A stretch of DNA of 64,000 bases. It comes from Bilabrum cf. latius. Lineage: Eukaryota. Positions 62,533 through 64,000 of this stretch are shown piece by piece. A model generated the notes under the pieces. That model was not told the DNA's origin, searched no databases, and saw nothing but the letters and a program-made list of their open reading frames with translations. The stretch covers positions 186,001 to 250,000 of the forward strand of contig OZ237750.1 in NCBI GenBank assembly GCA_965178125.1, given 5' to 3'. Positions within the stretch are counted from its first letter, which is position 1, and each line of letters opens with the position of its first letter. Made by a program: the position numbers and the translations under genes.

Positions 62533-62603
62533 TCAATACACCTACGCGCCCAGAATTGCGGAAATATATCTTAAATAGCTATAATATTACCGCAATTTGG
62601 GGC
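62533..62603 (-). repeat. Palindromic interspersed repeat R14
   Basis: Reverse copy between divergent genes. Confidence 0.9.
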
Positions 62604-62640
62604 ATTAGACAAGACTTATTTTCTTGATAAATGTTATAGA

Positions 62641-63567
62641 ATGGTAGAGATTCAAGAACCAGATATCTTTTATATTAACTCATAGGATACTATAACATCT
62701 ATTAATACTAATAGACCAGTATCAATACATGAACAGCGTCAAGGTAATATCTTGACAAATTCACAAAACTACTTATTATCACTTGACCGATGGACTCTTA
62801 AATGTCGTATTCCTTTATTTGTAGCAAGTAAAGAAGTAAAGAATAGCGATAATTAGTCAATTTATAAGATGTCGTTTGTGAAGAAGAGTGATGGAACTAC
62901 TTACACTCGTAATATTGTCTTAACCAAGTCGTTATATTATAGTCTTAAGACCTTATCTAATGAATTTAATAATACTCTTAGTGATTTATGTGGAGATGCT
63001 AGTATTCCAACTGATAGTATAGTATTTGAATATCACGGTAAGACTAAAACTTTTAGTTTCACCCGTTTAGCGGCTTTTACAAGTGCGTGGACTTTAAGTT
63101 TTAACTTTCCTTTATTCTCTATATTTGAGACATTTGAATATGATGATGAAGGTAAAGACATTAAAAGTGATACTTATATAAATCTTTTAGATGGATACAA
63201 TGAATAGAGTGCTTCTACCTTAGATTAGTTTCCTACTATGGAGTATATTCAAATTATTAGTCCATCTCTTCCAATACTTCCAGAATTTACACCATCATAT
63301 AAAAGTACATCTAGTACAGAGATACAAAGTGAAAATATCTTAAGTGATTTCAAGATAGACAATACAACAGGAACAAGTTTTATTAAAATAAACTTTAGTA
63401 GTGGAGGAAATCATAGATGGCAATAGTTCTATAGATCAGCATTTAATAGTTATAGTATAGTACCGTATTTTAGAGATACTTTTGGAAACTTATACGAAAT
63501 ACCCTTTACTTTTGGACAAGGACTTAATATAAAAGCTCTATTTAAAAGTAAAAAGTTAATAACTTAA
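62641..63567 (+). CDS. Virophage minor capsid protein (penton) (308 aa)
   Basis: PDIFYIN...E.R..NIL.N..NY.LSL.RW.L..RIPLF; (Q)SASTL..FP....IQIISPSLPI.PE; YFRDTFGNLYEI....G....IK.LF..K; located between protease and MCP. Confidence 0.85.
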
Positions 63568-63609
63568 AGTTAAAAATAAATAAATATCTTTAGTCTTAAT
63601 ATATTTATA

Positions 63610-64000
63610 ATGTCTGATATGGATAATGTACCTGTAGCAGCACAAAGCAAAGTCGTAGATGACGTCTCAGAACTACCAGTAACTCAAATAGCTGACGAAA
63701 AACTCAACTTTGTGGGTGATAGTCAAGCTATTACTCTCGGAACTACCCTTGGATACTCTTCCAAGTTTCAAAACCACTACGAACCAGATGGTGGTAACTC
63801 TAGCGCAACTAATGCATTTAGAAGTAATTATACTTTCGTAGTGCCATCAAATCAAGGAATGACTGACAGTAATCCCCGTCTAAGAGTTTCATTTGACGTA
63901 TACATCTATGATAGTTAGAACAATGGAGCAGTAGCTCAAACTGATATCGTCAATAAGGTAGCCCCTTCTACATTTATGGTAAATTCAATGATCACAAGTT
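63610..64000 (+). CDS. Virophage major capsid protein, N-terminal part (truncated by window)
   Basis: Follows the penton; IADEKL..., NYTFVVPSNQGMTDSNPRLRVSF..., APSTFMVNSMITS; open through TAG 63916. Confidence 0.8.

Larger units (their letters stand above)
47822..64000. mobile_element. Endogenous virophage (Lavidaviridae/mavirus-like provirophage), left ~16 kb; right end outside window
   Basis: Abrupt GC-to-AT shift; intronless dense genes; rve integrase plus the four virophage morphogenesis genes in mavirus order (ATPase, protease, penton, MCP). Confidence 0.93.

Noticed and set aside
48123-62603. CRISPR array
   Set aside because: Repeats are ~73 bp, occur in both orientations, are separated by 50 bp to several kb of genes, and no cas genes are visible.
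48123-62603. Bacterial GTAG-family REP elements
   Set aside because: GTAG lies 3' of the hairpin rather than 5', and no RAYT/TnpA gene was recognised in the window.
1-64000. In-frame TAGs as pseudogenisation, C-to-T hypermutation or sequencing error
   Set aside because: Only TAG interrupts frames, with no matching CAA-to-TAA or CGA-to-TGA lesions or frameshifts even in AT-rich viral genes; essential RFC2 is affected at conserved Gln sites.
1-64000. TAG as Trp (A-to-I editing), pyrrolysine, or the ciliate-type TAR=Gln code
   Set aside because: Aligned positions are Gln, and TAA terminates RPL23 and most viral genes at the expected C-termini.
47822-64000. LTR retrotransposon or classical Polinton
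   Set aside because: No RT/RNase H/gag; the penton, ATPase and protease motifs and gene order are virophage-type. No DNA polymerase or helicase is seen, but it may lie beyond the window.
47822-64000. Contaminant or chimeric join
   Set aside because: The element shares the unusual genetic code with the flanking host DNA, encodes an integrase and has a structured end exactly at the junction; read support is still desirable.

Overview
Eukaryotic nuclear DNA from a GC-rich, intron-poor protist. Its style suggests a Cafeteria-like bicosoecid stramenopile, but that is inference. Positions 1-47821 hold about 16 compact host genes: CAF-1 p60-like WD40, fatty-acid hydroxylase, dynein LIC-like, Abitram/FAM206A, Elongin-B-like, two inverted carboxylesterase paralogues, a ~3650-aa FG-GAP/IPT membrane protein, RFC2, RPL23, AIF-like and several unknowns. 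At ~47822 the sequence switches abruptly to AT-rich DNA. This is an integrated virophage (mavirus/EMALE-like) with an rve integrase plus chromodomain, packaging ATPase, cysteine protease, penton and major capsid protein; it runs off the right edge and appears to have inserted inside a host ORF. Main results: (1) both host and virophage genes only make sense if TAG encodes Gln while TAA/TGA remain stops, since TAG falls on conserved Gln positions in RFC2, carboxylesterase and integrase; (2) the virophage carries 14 copies of a ~73-bp imperfect-palindrome repeat with a fixed mismatch and an asymmetric tail, which divides the genome into gene modules, including a compositionally foreign gene between protease and penton; (3) the element begins with a nested TG...CA hairpin. 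All CDS coordinates were read by hand with TAG=Gln; product names come from motif recognition, not database searches.
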